Origin: a virus
Lineage: Duplodnaviria; Heunggongvirae; Uroviricota; Caudoviricetes
IMG/VR virus record: IMGVR_UViG_3300032050_000035
Direction: 5' to 3' (one strand)
DNA length: 64,000 bases
Shown piece by piece: positions 19,059 through 28,426 of this stretch (position 1 is the stretch's first letter; every line of letters starts with the position of its first letter). A program made the position numbers and the translations under genes. The notes under the pieces were generated by a model. The model worked only from the letters and a program-made list of their open reading frames with translations, was not told the DNA's origin and searched no databases.

Positions 19059-19987
19059 TCCAACAAGTCTTTTAAAATATTATCTCTTCTTCTTGATATA
19101 TCATCAAAATTCGAATAAGAAACTTTTCTACTATTCCCATTATCATCTATAATAACCACATCAATCTCACCACTTGTTGTGATAACACTATCAACACACT
19201 CATATAATTTACCAGCTGTCAATAACCTACTACCTGTTATTCTACTATTTATATCATTCTTAGATCTTAGCATGGTTCCTTTCTTTACAAGAATTAAATC
19301 TTTTAACTTTTTAAAAAGCATATCATTTAACTCATTAATATTGACACTTCTATAATCAATATCTTCTTGAGAATCGATAAATTGTGATATACGACTAAAT
19401 AATTCATTTGTTTTATTACTAGACTCTGTTAAATGTTCATAGTTAGAAATCGTTAATTCATTAGTAAACCATTTTATAACATTATTAAATTCTCCGTGAT
19501 ATTTATTTACTTCACTTAGATTAATATCTATACCATTTATAATTACATAATTGATAATTGGTATAACACATTTTGTAAAACCTTCGCATCTTTCTGAGTT
19601 TCGAGTGCCATAAGACATTCTGCCTCTCATATTCATTTTAGGTTTTGTCTTCCAACTACCATTTAATAATCGATCAAGAACAATTGGATCTCCAAATATC
19701 TTATCAAACTTTGGTTTTGTTTTATTACTAATTAGTTTTTTGAGCCTTTCACTTTTAGTGTTATTAACAATCAACTCTTTTAAATCTCTAAATGACCAAT
19801 ATTTGATAGTTTCATAATCGGAATTAACCACATACATAACAAAAGAACAAAATTCAGAAAGACCGGACTGAACCATCATATTCATAGATGATATACCTTT
19901 CACATAATTAGAAACTAGTGGTATTTGTTCAACCGATTTATTATAAGTTTCTAAATTCCTTTTAATTATATCGTAACTTAAAATCAT
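19055..19987 (-). CDS. hypothetical protein
   Basis: ORF overlapping purN by 4 nt (operon). Confidence 0.45.
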   Translation of the reverse strand: MILSYDIIKRNLETYNKSVEQIPLVSNYVKGISSMNMMVQSGLSEFCSFVMYVVNSDYETIKYWSFRDLKELIVNNTKSERLKKLISNKTKPKFDKIFGDPIVLDRLLNGSWKTKPKMNMRGRMSYGTRNSERCEGFTKCVIPIINYVIINGIDINLSEVNKYHGEFNNVIKWFTNELTISNYEHLTESSNKTNELFSRISQFIDSQEDIDYRSVNINELNDMLFKKLKDLILVKKGTMLRSKNDINSRITGSRLLTAGKLYECVDSVITTSGEIDVVIIDDNGNSRKVSYSNFDDISRRRDNILKDLLD

Positions 19988-20529
19988 AGTATTTCTCTTA
20001 TCACAATTGGTAAATTCTTTTCTAATTCTTTTACTTTATTACAAATTGTTTCTGGTGTGTCGTGATATTCTACTTTACAAGAGTATTGTTTTATAATTGA
20101 ACCTTTATCATACTCTTCATTAACCCAATGAATTGTTATACCGGTTTCAACTTCCTTTTCTTCAAAAACTTTTTTATGAACATTCATACCCCACATTCCC
20201 TTACCACCAAACTTTGGTAGAAGTGATGGGTGTATGTTAATAATCTTAAACTTATCAGTTAAAACTTTAGGTATCTTTAAAAGAAAACCAGCAAGAACAA
20301 TTAAATCTGGTCTTAATTGTTCTAACTGGTTTATAAAATTATCATTATCTAAATCATCTTTAGATATGATACTAAAATCAATATTCTCATTTTTTGCAAT
20401 GTCTAATACCTTTGCCTCAGAGTAGTTGCAAATTATCTTGGAAATATAAATATCACTATTTCGAAAATAGTTTATTATATTCTGTGCATTAGTTCCATTA
20501 CCAGATGCGAAAATGATAATATTTTTCAT
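19984..20529 (-). CDS. purN: phosphoribosylglycinamide formyltransferase (PurN)
   Basis: MKNIIIFASGNGTNAQNII N-terminus and IHPSLLPKFGGKGMW...GITIHWV core match the PurN family. Confidence 0.8.
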   Translation of the reverse strand: MKNIIIFASGNGTNAQNIINYFRNSDIYISKIICNYSEAKVLDIAKNENIDFSIISKDDLDNDNFINQLEQLRPDLIVLAGFLLKIPKVLTDKFKIINIHPSLLPKFGGKGMWGMNVHKKVFEEKEVETGITIHWVNEEYDKGSIIKQYSCKVEYHDTPETICNKVKELEKNLPIVIREIL

Positions 20530-21281
20530 TACTTACCTAAAACTTCTTTTTGGTAGTATTCATCAAATCCTGATAGTAAATTACTAATGTTGTAAGTTTT
20601 ATCATTAGTGATAACTTCATCAATGAAACCAAATTCTAAAGCTTCGTAAGCGTTTAACCATTTATCTCTACGAGCTGCTTCTAATACGTAATTGAAATCA
20701 CGACCAGAATTTTCAGCTAACATCTTAAATAAGATGTAATTGTATTTTTCAGACTCCATTTGAGAGATACGGTTATCTTCGATATGACCTTGAGCACCAG
20801 AACTAACTTGGTGGATCATAACTTTTGAAAAGTTCAAAGAAGAACGTTTTCCTTTTGTACCAGATGAAAGTAAGATTGAACCCATTGAAGCAGCCATACC
20901 AGTGTTGATTGTTTCAATATCAGAATTGATATATCTCATAACATCAACCATACTCAAACCAGATTTAACAGAACCTCCTGGTGAATCAATGTGCATTTTA
21001 ATATCTCTCTTCTCAATCGAGTCTAAATACATTAACTGTGCTTGAACAACAGTTGACATATTATCATTCACCACACCAGCAACCCAAAGAATACGATCTC
21101 TCATTAAACGTGAGAAGATATCCATTTGTGTTACTCTCATTTCTCTTTCTTCTAAGATGTAAGGAGTTAATGAGTTCTCAGGAGAAATTCCATTCTCTAA
21201 ATTTTTCTCGAAATAGTGAAGGTTCATAGATGAAATACCTTTACCAAGTGCGTACTTTTTGAAATCTTTACCGAAATCCAT
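20529..21281 (-). CDS. ClpP-family (S14) serine protease; candidate prohead/processing protease
   Basis: catalytic Ser context GMAASMGS, His context MIHQ and Asp region RDKWLNAYEALEFGFIDEV match ClpP; extra N-terminal extension. Confidence 0.75.
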   Translation of the reverse strand: MDFGKDFKKYALGKGISSMNLHYFEKNLENGISPENSLTPYILEEREMRVTQMDIFSRLMRDRILWVAGVVNDNMSTVVQAQLMYLDSIEKRDIKMHIDSPGGSVKSGLSMVDVMRYINSDIETINTGMAASMGSILLSSGTKGKRSSLNFSKVMIHQVSSGAQGHIEDNRISQMESEKYNYILFKMLAENSGRDFNYVLEAARRDKWLNAYEALEFGFIDEVITNDKTYNISNLLSGFDEYYQKEVLGK

Positions 21282-21298
21282 ATATTTAATTTTAAAGT

Positions 21299-21463
21299 TT
21301 ACTTATTAAAAAACGATTTATCCAATTCTGGATATTTTTCTAAAATTTTAATTCCATCTTCTTGGAATTTTTTTGAGTTCATAACCCAATCTTTATCAGT
21401 GGGTATACCACCCCATAATAACTGACAAATAAAGTTATATTGTTTTGTTGTTAATTTTTCCAT
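21299..21463 (-). CDS. possible small ORF (54 aa) missing from the ORF track
   Basis: ATG at 21463 on the minus strand; MEKLTTKQYNFICQLLWGGIPTDKDW...; fills the gap between clpP-like and the next gene. Confidence 0.25.
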   Translation of the reverse strand: MEKLTTKQYNFICQLLWGGIPTDKDWVMNSKKFQEDGIKILEKYPELDKSFFNK

Positions 21464-21467
21464 ATTC

Positions 21468-21737
21468 TTAGTTTAAGAAGTTGCCTGCTAAATCATTAAA
21501 AAGTGGAGATCTTTTTAAGATCTCATTAATCACATCAAAACCAATATCTTGAAGAGCTAATTTGAAAATTATATCACCATTCCAATCGGTGTGAATTTTT
21601 TCTACAATTTCACCTTTACATAAATTACTTATATCAGATTTGTATAGAGATACTTCGATACCATCATATATAATGAAACCTTTCTTGACAAGAGAAGTGA
21701 AACTTGATTCGTTTAATAAAATTCTATTTTCTTTCAT
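21468..21737 (-). CDS. hypothetical protein
   Basis: ORF. Confidence 0.4.
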   Translation of the reverse strand: MKENRILLNESSFTSLVKKGFIIYDGIEVSLYKSDISNLCKGEIVEKIHTDWNGDIIFKLALQDIGFDVINEILKRSPLFNDLAGNFLN

Positions 21738-21754
21738 ATCATGTTTTATTTTCT

Positions 21755-21958
21755 TTATTTATTAAGTTTAGAACCTTTACAAATATTTTTATTTGTTAAA
21801 TTATTTTCATAATTCCAAACATCATTTGAAACCATATGACATTTATGATTTTCTATTTTACCAAGACTTTTCATCTTTTCAAAATAACTTCTAAACTTAA
21901 TACTATGTTGATTAGTATTGGTCCATGGACACTCTTTACACGGCTTACTACAACTCAT
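21755..21958 (-). CDS. hypothetical Cys-rich small protein
   Basis: ORF; CSKPCKEC...C motif. Confidence 0.35.
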   Translation of the reverse strand: MSCSKPCKECPWTNTNQHSIKFRSYFEKMKSLGKIENHKCHMVSNDVWNYENNLTNKNICKGSKLNK

Positions 21959-22217
21959 CTTCTAAAATCATTCTTAATTTCATTTCTCTAACCATTGAGA
22001 TATCACCATCACAAATATCTTCTAAGGCAGCTTCTAAACAATCATTCTGAGAATACCAAACTTTATCCCAAGAAGATATTTCAACATCACCTGGATAAAT
22101 TATCGTATATGAAAAAGCATCACCAGCAATTTCACCACTCATGCGATCTCTATAAGGTTCTTGTAGAACTAAGACATCACAGTTGTAAAACTTATATTTC
22201 TTTACAATTTTATCCAT
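21948..22217 (-). CDS. hypothetical protein
   Basis: ORF. Confidence 0.4.
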   Translation of the reverse strand: MDKIVKKYKFYNCDVLVLQEPYRDRMSGEIAGDAFSYTIIYPGDVEISSWDKVWYSQNDCLEAALEDICDGDISMVREMKLRMILEDEL

Positions 22218-22492
22218 TTCTTTATTCTATCCATAAAACTTTTCTTTGGTATAGAAGCTTCGATACGAGACCAATTCTTTTTAACATATTCTATTTTATC
22301 CAAATGTTGATTACACAATCTTCTTATCTCGTCATTCGGAAGACCTGTTGTAGCAGTCGTGTATTGCCAAAGGTTCTTACGAGATTGTTCCATTGATTCC
22401 CAAACATCTGGATAGGAATAACCATTTCGAATCGAATAGTCAATATAAAGATCCCACTCCTTCTCTAAGAATTCTCTTTCTGAAATTTTCAT
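22202..22492 (-). CDS. hypothetical protein
   Basis: ORF. Confidence 0.4.
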   Translation of the reverse strand: MKISEREFLEKEWDLYIDYSIRNGYSYPDVWESMEQSRKNLWQYTTATTGLPNDEIRRLCNQHLDKIEYVKKNWSRIEASIPKKSFMDRIKKWIKL

Positions 22493-22722
22493 ATAATATA
22501 AAAAGTTTTCATATCTAAACTATCAACACGAACTATACCATGTTTTGGGAAATCTCTCCATTTACAAGCATCTGTATATCTTTCTTCACTAACCGCAATT
22601 AACTCTTGATCCTTTACCCAGTTCATTAACTCTGTTAGCTTATTAGAAAGACGAATAACATCTATATTAAGTGCTATATTAGAACTCTCTTGAAATATCG
22701 ATTCATGATATATGTTGTTCAT
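22489..22722 (-). CDS. hypothetical protein
   Basis: ORF. Confidence 0.4.
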   Translation of the reverse strand: MNNIYHESIFQESSNIALNIDVIRLSNKLTELMNWVKDQELIAVSEERYTDACKWRDFPKHGIVRVDSLDMKTFYII

Positions 22723-22757
22723 ATTATTTCTTTTTTATAAAAGTAGTAAATATAATT

Positions 22758-23195
22758 TTAAATACCTAATTGTTCTAATCTTTTTCTTCTTGTATTTCTT
22801 GTTATAAGTATGTTTTTGAAAGCTTCTGAATTATAAACATTAAATAATTTATTTACATCTACTTTAGAAGTAATTGGATTAGTTTTAGTAGTACCATCAC
22901 CAAATGTCATTACTCTAATATATTCTATAATAACTGTTTTTTTATTTTTCTTAATTATCTTAATTGTTTCACCTTCTCTTAAAAAATGTATCTCTTTAGA
23001 AAGACTAAAATGATTTTTATCAGTTGTAAATTGATCACCTACTTTTAGATAGTCTAAAAACTCTTCCATTAACGCAGTGTTATATAAAGAATTAAAATTA
23101 CTTAATTGTTTATTTAACTCTTTTTCTTTATCATATAAATCGTTTAATTCTCTTCTAAACTCAGATTGTTTCTGAATGATCTCTAATATATCCAT
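22758..23195 (-). CDS. hypothetical coiled-coil protein ending ...RKRLEQLGI
   Basis: ORF; C-terminal tail resembles the ELGI family motif; AATTAATATATG promoter-like motif upstream. Confidence 0.45.
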   Translation of the reverse strand: MDILEIIQKQSEFRRELNDLYDKEKELNKQLSNFNSLYNTALMEEFLDYLKVGDQFTTDKNHFSLSKEIHFLREGETIKIIKKNKKTVIIEYIRVMTFGDGTTKTNPITSKVDVNKLFNVYNSEAFKNILITRNTRRKRLEQLGI

Positions 23196-23325
23196 ATATT
23201 AATTTTCAACAAAAGTAATAATTTTTTTTATACTACTAAACTTTTTTAAAACATTATTAAATCTATAAAATATAACATTCATACGAGTTCAATTAAGAAA
23301 TCGTAATAAAAAAATATAAAGTAAA

Positions 23326-23598
23326 ATGAATAAAGCAGAATTAGTAGAAGCAATTGCTAACGAAACTGGATTGAGTAAATCTAAATCTGGTGAAGTTGTT
23401 AACACTATCGTGAAAACAATTTCTGAGTCTTTAGCAAAAGGTGAGAAAGTTTCTTTAACTGGTTTCGGTACTTGGTCAACAAACACAAGACCTGAAAGAA
23501 AAGGAAGAAATCCTAAAACTGGTGAAGAAATTACTATCGCTAGTAAAACAGTTGCTAAGTTTAAACCAGGTAATGAGTTAACTAAAAGTGTTAACTAA
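23326..23598 (+). CDS. hup: HU/IHF-family DNA-binding protein
   Basis: MNKAELVEAIA...GFGTWSTNTRPERKGRNPKTGEEI...KFKPG is a classic HU signature including the beta-arm. Confidence 0.85.
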   Translation: MNKAELVEAIANETGLSKSKSGEVVNTIVKTISESLAKGEKVSLTGFGTWSTNTRPERKGRNPKTGEEITIASKTVAKFKPGNELTKSVN

Positions 23599-23619
23599 TT
23601 ATCAGTTCAAATTTTTCTT

Positions 23620-23652
23620 AAAAACCACCAATTTAATTGGTGGTTTTTTTAT
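23620..23652 (+). terminator. rho-independent terminator after the HU gene
   Basis: hairpin aaaccaccaatt-taa-ttggtggttt plus T-run. Confidence 0.7.
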
Positions 23653-23662
23653 ATATACAAAT

Positions 23663-24172
23663 ATGAAATGGATTAAAAGATTTGAGAGCTTTGATATGCC
23701 TTACTACAATAGTGAATGGGAAAAGTATTTACCAAATGAAATAACTATTATAAAAGGTCAAGATGATTTTACACAAAGAAAAGTATATAAAACGGGAAAC
23801 ATAATGATTCATTCAGATATGGTTCAAATAACTTATACACATGAAGAATATCCAATGGATACGAAAGATGTTGTTCCTGAAGTAGTTGATTTTGATATAC
23901 ACTTTGTTAAAAATGGAAGCATATCTTTAGATGTTGATATTACTTATGGTGACTCAATGGCTAGTGAGTTTAAGATAAAGGGTGATAAAGTTCATGTTAT
24001 ACAATATACTTCTTATGGTTCTAAATTTGATCCATCAAATACAGTTTTTGCTTTAGATGAAAATAGTTTAATGAGTTTTATTAAATTCTTTAATATGTTT
24101 GAGGGAATCGATGTTGATAGAAATGAATTTAATTTTTTAGACGATAATCCCAATAATTATACACCAGATTAA
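23663..24172 (+). CDS. hypothetical protein with N-terminal leader MKWIKRFESF (start moved downstream of the track ORF 23588)
   Basis: the track ORF start at 23588 would include the HU terminator hairpin; ATG at 23663 gives the conserved leader. Confidence 0.5.
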   Translation: MKWIKRFESFDMPYYNSEWEKYLPNEITIIKGQDDFTQRKVYKTGNIMIHSDMVQITYTHEEYPMDTKDVVPEVVDFDIHFVKNGSISLDVDITYGDSMASEFKIKGDKVHVIQYTSYGSKFDPSNTVFALDENSLMSFIKFFNMFEGIDVDRNEFNFLDDNPNNYTPD

Positions 24173-24208
24173 TTTTTATTTGTATATTTACATAAATAAA
24201 AATTCACT

Positions 24209-24358
24209 ATGGGAACTTTAGCACTTATAATAATCTTCATTTTATTATTTAGAATTTTGAGACCTGTTTTCTCATTAGCTCTTTCCATTTTAATGCCTTT
24301 CATTAAAATAGTATTAATAGCAATTTTAATATTTGTTGCTTTTATTTATCTTTTTTAA
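24209..24358 (+). CDS. possible 49-aa hydrophobic membrane peptide
   Basis: ATG at 24209; MGTLALIIIFILLFRILRPVF...; competes with a minus-strand small ORF. Confidence 0.25.
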   Translation: MGTLALIIIFILLFRILRPVFSLALSILMPFIKIVLIAILIFVAFIYLF

Positions 24359-24515
24359 AGGGACAGTGGCGACAACCAGTGTTACAACAAACTGGTCTTA
24401 TTATCTTTAAGTATTCCTCGGTGAATACTCTCATTTTTATTCCATCTATTTCTTCCCAATAGAAGTCAACATCTTCTATAAGTTCGTCTGCTCTTAATCT
24501 TTTATTCTGACACAT
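24342..24515 (-). CDS. possible 57-aa Cys-containing small protein
   Basis: ATG at 24515 on the minus strand; MCQNKRLRADELIED...PVCCNTGCRHCP; overlaps the 3-prime end of the plus-strand peptide ORF. Confidence 0.2.
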   Translation of the reverse strand: MCQNKRLRADELIEDVDFYWEEIDGIKMRVFTEEYLKIIRPVCCNTGCRHCPFKKDK

Positions 24516-24555
24516 AATTTATATATTTTTTAATAAAAATTAGTTTTTAGAAAAA

Positions 24556-24572
24556 TATTTTTAATATATACT
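24556..24572 (+). promoter_or_regulatory. TTTTTAATATATAC promoter-like motif about 30 nt before the 24603 start
   Basis: recurrent motif upstream of many start codons in this window. Confidence 0.3.
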
Positions 24573-24602
24573 AAAAAATAGATTAAAAAATACATTATAA
24601 TT

Positions 24603-26279
24603 ATGAAGTGGATAAAATCAAGAAAAAATTTCCTAAACGAAGCTAAGATTGGTGATGTTATCTTACCATCTCAAAAGAAAGAAGTTATCAGAACTTTTGG
24701 TGAGAAGTGGTTAGACATGGAAGAAATTACAGCTACTGAGAAAATTATTCAAGGTGATTGGGAATTATCTAAAGAAGATAAATTTAAAGTTCTAAACGTT
24801 CTTTTTGGATGTGACGTTGAAGAAGCTCAAAAACAATATGCTGATTTACCAGATGAGTTTATAGCTGCGGTTAATGAGTCTTTATCATTCTTAGAAACTG
24901 CTGATGATACAAGAGATGTTAATATCAAAAGAGCTAAAGAATCTTTGTCTGAATTAGATCTTAAAGATATTGGTATTGATGAGATGATTGCTCTTAACTA
25001 CCCAGTTTTAAGAAAGTTATCTAACGAAACTAACAAAGCTGAAATCATTCAAAGAGATGAAACAGGACGTCCTGTTATGGGTGCCGATGGAAGACCAGTT
25101 AAAATTCAAGTTGAACCAGGTCCTGTATTTGAAAAAAACTTAATCAACTTAGAATCTTTCAGACAAGATTATAACAAATATTATGATAAAAAAGTTGAAG
25201 CTAACTTTAATGATAGAAATATTCAAGCTATTATAAACGTTGTTAAACAGGACCATAATAGTGAGTACAAAACATCATATAAAGTATTTAATAGACCAGT
25301 TCATTTAAAAATATCACACAACCCAAAAGATATTTTAAATATGTCTATTTCAAAATTCTACGCATCTTGTCAACATTTATACTCAGGAGGTTATAGAAGT
25401 CAACTTATTGGAAACGTTTTTGATCCACATTCAATTCCAGCTTTCTTAATTGTTAAAACTCCTATTTATAATGGTGATGATTTACTTTCTGAGCAATTAC
25501 CAATTGCTAGAAGTATGGTTAGATGGTTAGATGGATATGATAAGAATGAGAAAGGTGCTATCTTCTTTGATAGAACTTACCCTGATAGATTAAGAGAAGT
25601 TATGTATGAAATGCTAACTAAATATACTGGAATGGAACCTATCGGAACTCAAGCTAAATCAAATGGATTGAAATATACTTTCTCTCCTGATATACCTGCT
25701 CAAGCACAAGGTGATATTAGAGATCCTTATATGGATTCATTAGGATTAAACAGAAAGAAATATGTTGGTATCAACACAACAAGATTAACTACATCAATGA
25801 GTGGATTTGATAAAATGATCATTTCTCCACAAGCTAAAGTTAAAGAGTTAATCGTTGATTCACCATCTGTACCTGAAGCATTATTCTCATTACCATTGAA
25901 ATTAGATTGGATTAAATTTAAGTTTATCAATATCAAAGAAATGCCAGATACAAGTAAGTTTGATTGTAAATCATTTGCTTTTGATAAATGTAAATTTTCT
26001 AGTGAAGATATTCAAAAAGTTATTGCTGATCACAAAGATATGAATAAATTACAATTAACATCTTGTGAAGTTGATGACTTAAAATTAAGTGGTTTAAATG
26101 TTGAAGAATTACAATTAGTTTATACTACAACTGATTCATTAGCTAGTGTTTTAGACGGAGCTACTTTCAAAAAATTAGTTGTTTCTGGTGATTTAATGTC
26201 AGATAAAGCAAATAAAGAATACATCAATAACTTAAAAAGAGGTGGTGTTAAAATTGAAACTGTTGGTTTAGTACTATGA
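24603..26279 (+). CDS. hypothetical protein (558 aa) with N-terminal leader MKWIKSRKNFLNEAK
   Basis: ORF; leader motif. Confidence 0.5.
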   Translation: MKWIKSRKNFLNEAKIGDVILPSQKKEVIRTFGEKWLDMEEITATEKIIQGDWELSKEDKFKVLNVLFGCDVEEAQKQYADLPDEFIAAVNESLSFLETADDTRDVNIKRAKESLSELDLKDIGIDEMIALNYPVLRKLSNETNKAEIIQRDETGRPVMGADGRPVKIQVEPGPVFEKNLINLESFRQDYNKYYDKKVEANFNDRNIQAIINVVKQDHNSEYKTSYKVFNRPVHLKISHNPKDILNMSISKFYASCQHLYSGGYRSQLIGNVFDPHSIPAFLIVKTPIYNGDDLLSEQLPIARSMVRWLDGYDKNEKGAIFFDRTYPDRLREVMYEMLTKYTGMEPIGTQAKSNGLKYTFSPDIPAQAQGDIRDPYMDSLGLNRKKYVGINTTRLTTSMSGFDKMIISPQAKVKELIVDSPSVPEALFSLPLKLDWIKFKFINIKEMPDTSKFDCKSFAFDKCKFSSEDIQKVIADHKDMNKLQLTSCEVDDLKLSGLNVEELQLVYTTTDSLASVLDGATFKKLVVSGDLMSDKANKEYINNLKRGGVKIETVGLVL

Positions 26280-28183
26280 GAAATTTAAAACATATAAAAT
26301 TATTTGAAAGTTTTTCTTTATTAGAAGCATTTGCTTCAACTAGTCTTAATAAAGTTTTTAACTATATTAAAACAAAAGAGAGTAAAGAAAAGTTTTCTAA
26401 CTATGTTAGAGCAATTGCGGGACAGATTGATGTCCCGTCAACTGCTATTACAGATGAATACTTTGAATACCTACCGTATAAAGATGCTATTAGAAAGAAT
26501 GTTTCTATGGATCTTGTTGATTGTAAAGCAACTTCTATTCAAGCTTTTGGAGATCCAACAAAAAGAGGTGGTAAAGGTGTACCAGGTGATGTTTGTACCA
26601 AGGGTAAATTAAAAAAGGCTTATGGTGCTTCAGGTAGAACAAGAGAGTATGATTGTCCTATTTGTAATGGTACTGGTAAAGTAAGTCCTAGTGGTCAATT
26701 AAAATATCTTAAATTCTGGTTAAACTCAAAAGGTGATTTTATTGGTGTTACAGCTGTTGATGGTTTATACCATGCTAATAAGAGAGATGTAAATCAATTT
26801 AAACAAATTGATATAACTGAAGAAGTTAAAGCTGTTTTAAATAGAGAAGGTAGAAATGATGCAACTGTTAAAGCGGATTTAGAAGCTATCGAATCTAAAT
26901 ATGGTTTAGAATCGGGTAAAACTAGATTAGCTACAGAAGGTTTAACAAATTATAGATGGAGAGATCCAAGTGGAATAACAATAGGAACTTATTGGAAAGA
27001 CAGAGATGGTAAGGTTTATATAGCTTCTGGTAATAGTCGTTTAGATGATAAAAGACAAAGACCGGTTGGTGTTAAGTGGAAAGAGTTTGGAAGTTATTTA
27101 GCTCAATTACCTTATATTTTTAATGCTGTTACTGCGAATATTGATAGAGGAATTATAAAAATATTAACTGATATTGAAGAAAAAGATGATGTTCTTTATA
27201 ATGTTGGTGTAAACTTCACATATCCTAAAAGTGGTGGTGGAAGTTTCTCTTTGCAAGATAGTTTAGATAAATCATTTTTAAGTGAGGCTGAGTTTGCTAT
27301 TATATTTGATTTCAAGAAGTTTGAGGATGATATGATTGCTAATAATACAAAAAAACTTTCAACTATCAAAGATGAAAGAACTGAAAGAAAAAAGGGTATT
27401 ATTGGAGGTAAATTAGGTATCTCTGATAAAGATATTAGAAATGCTAATTTAGAAAGATATATAAAAGCTATTTCTGATGTTGATATAACAACTGGTTTTG
27501 ATAGATTAGTTAAGAAACTACCTAGATTCTTTGGTGGTAGATTATCATTCTTTTATATTTATAGTGAGAAAAACTTTATTTCATATAGAAATACTATATT
27601 GAATTTATTACAATTCATGAGAGCTGAAGATGATGATGAGAAAAAAAATATTTCAGATAAAATATCTGATCGAATAAAAGAAACTTTTAATAACAATAAA
27701 ATACACTCTGAGAGATTAGATAGAAGATTGGCATCATATAAAGATATTTTAGCTGATAGATCTGTTACATCAGAAAATGATAATGAAAAAATTTTCTATA
27801 AATCTCAATTAGATATCTTAAATAAAATTATGCAGTTGAGTGCTAAAATATCTAATAAAATATCACAACAGGAAGTTGAGTGTATTGAAGACTTTGAAAT
27901 TATATACACTAAGATAAATGGTATATATAACGCACTCAAATCTGATAGAACGGGACTATTTAAGGGTAGTGGAGGACTTCAATATGTAGGTAGTGGAGGA
28001 CTTCAATATGTAGATTATTTAATTGATTATGATGATGTAAATAGAACAATTAGGTCATTTGAATCTTATTATGGAAGACCAACACCTACACCGACTGATT
28101 TAGGTTCAACTAATTTTAATAGATATGTTGAAGATACTTTAAATAAGTTAGATTATATGATACGATTAGTAGAAAGAATATAA
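26276..28183 (+). CDS. hypothetical protein (635 aa) with N-terminal leader MRNLKHIKLFESF; contains a single DnaJ-like CxxCxGxG motif and a 24-nt in-frame tandem duplication
   Basis: ORF; leader; DCPICNGTGKV; duplicated GSGGLQYV. Confidence 0.5.
   Translation: MRNLKHIKLFESFSLLEAFASTSLNKVFNYIKTKESKEKFSNYVRAIAGQIDVPSTAITDEYFEYLPYKDAIRKNVSMDLVDCKATSIQAFGDPTKRGGKGVPGDVCTKGKLKKAYGASGRTREYDCPICNGTGKVSPSGQLKYLKFWLNSKGDFIGVTAVDGLYHANKRDVNQFKQIDITEEVKAVLNREGRNDATVKADLEAIESKYGLESGKTRLATEGLTNYRWRDPSGITIGTYWKDRDGKVYIASGNSRLDDKRQRPVGVKWKEFGSYLAQLPYIFNAVTANIDRGIIKILTDIEEKDDVLYNVGVNFTYPKSGGGSFSLQDSLDKSFLSEAEFAIIFDFKKFEDDMIANNTKKLSTIKDERTERKKGIIGGKLGISDKDIRNANLERYIKAISDVDITTGFDRLVKKLPRFFGGRLSFFYIYSEKNFISYRNTILNLLQFMRAEDDDEKKNISDKISDRIKETFNNNKIHSERLDRRLASYKDILADRSVTSENDNEKIFYKSQLDILNKIMQLSAKISNKISQQEVECIEDFEIIYTKINGIYNALKSDRTGLFKGSGGLQYVGSGGLQYVDYLIDYDDVNRTIRSFESYYGRPTPTPTDLGSTNFNRYVEDTLNKLDYMIRLVERI
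27961..28008 (+). repeat. perfect 24-nt tandem duplication (ggtagtggaggacttcaatatgta x2) inside the CDS
   Basis: seen directly; encodes GSGGLQYV twice. Confidence 0.9.
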
Positions 28184-28185
28184 TA

Positions 28186-28222
28186 AAAAAAACCACTCAT
28201 TTGAGTGGTTTTTTTTATTTCT
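28186..28222. terminator. bidirectional rho-independent terminator between convergent genes
   Basis: hairpin aaccactcat-ttg-agtggtt flanked by an A-run and a T-run. Confidence 0.7.
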
Positions 28223-28424
28223 CTTCAATTTTGATAGTCACTTCTACCTTAACATTCTTCTTATCAAACTCTCTTAACTTAGAATTGATAAAGTCCGAAA
28301 CATCTTCTAACCTAACATGTCTAAGTGTATTCTCAGTTTCCTCCGAGATAACACTTTCAATTACAAAACTATCTTTAGTTTCATAAACACGTCCTTCAAA
28401 GGACTTTTCATTATATGTTTTCAT
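28215..28424 (-). CDS. hypothetical small protein (MKTYNEKSFE...)
   Basis: ORF; N-terminus loosely resembles the leader motif. Confidence 0.4.
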   Translation of the reverse strand: MKTYNEKSFEGRVYETKDSFVIESVISEETENTLRHVRLEDVSDFINSKLREFDKKNVKVEVTIKIEEK

Positions 28425-28426
28425 AA

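Noticed and set aside
23588-23662. ORF-track start at 23588 for the gene after HU
   Set aside because: That N-terminal extension would be translated through the HU terminator hairpin (23620-23652). The ATG at 23663 gives the conserved MKWIKRFESF leader instead.
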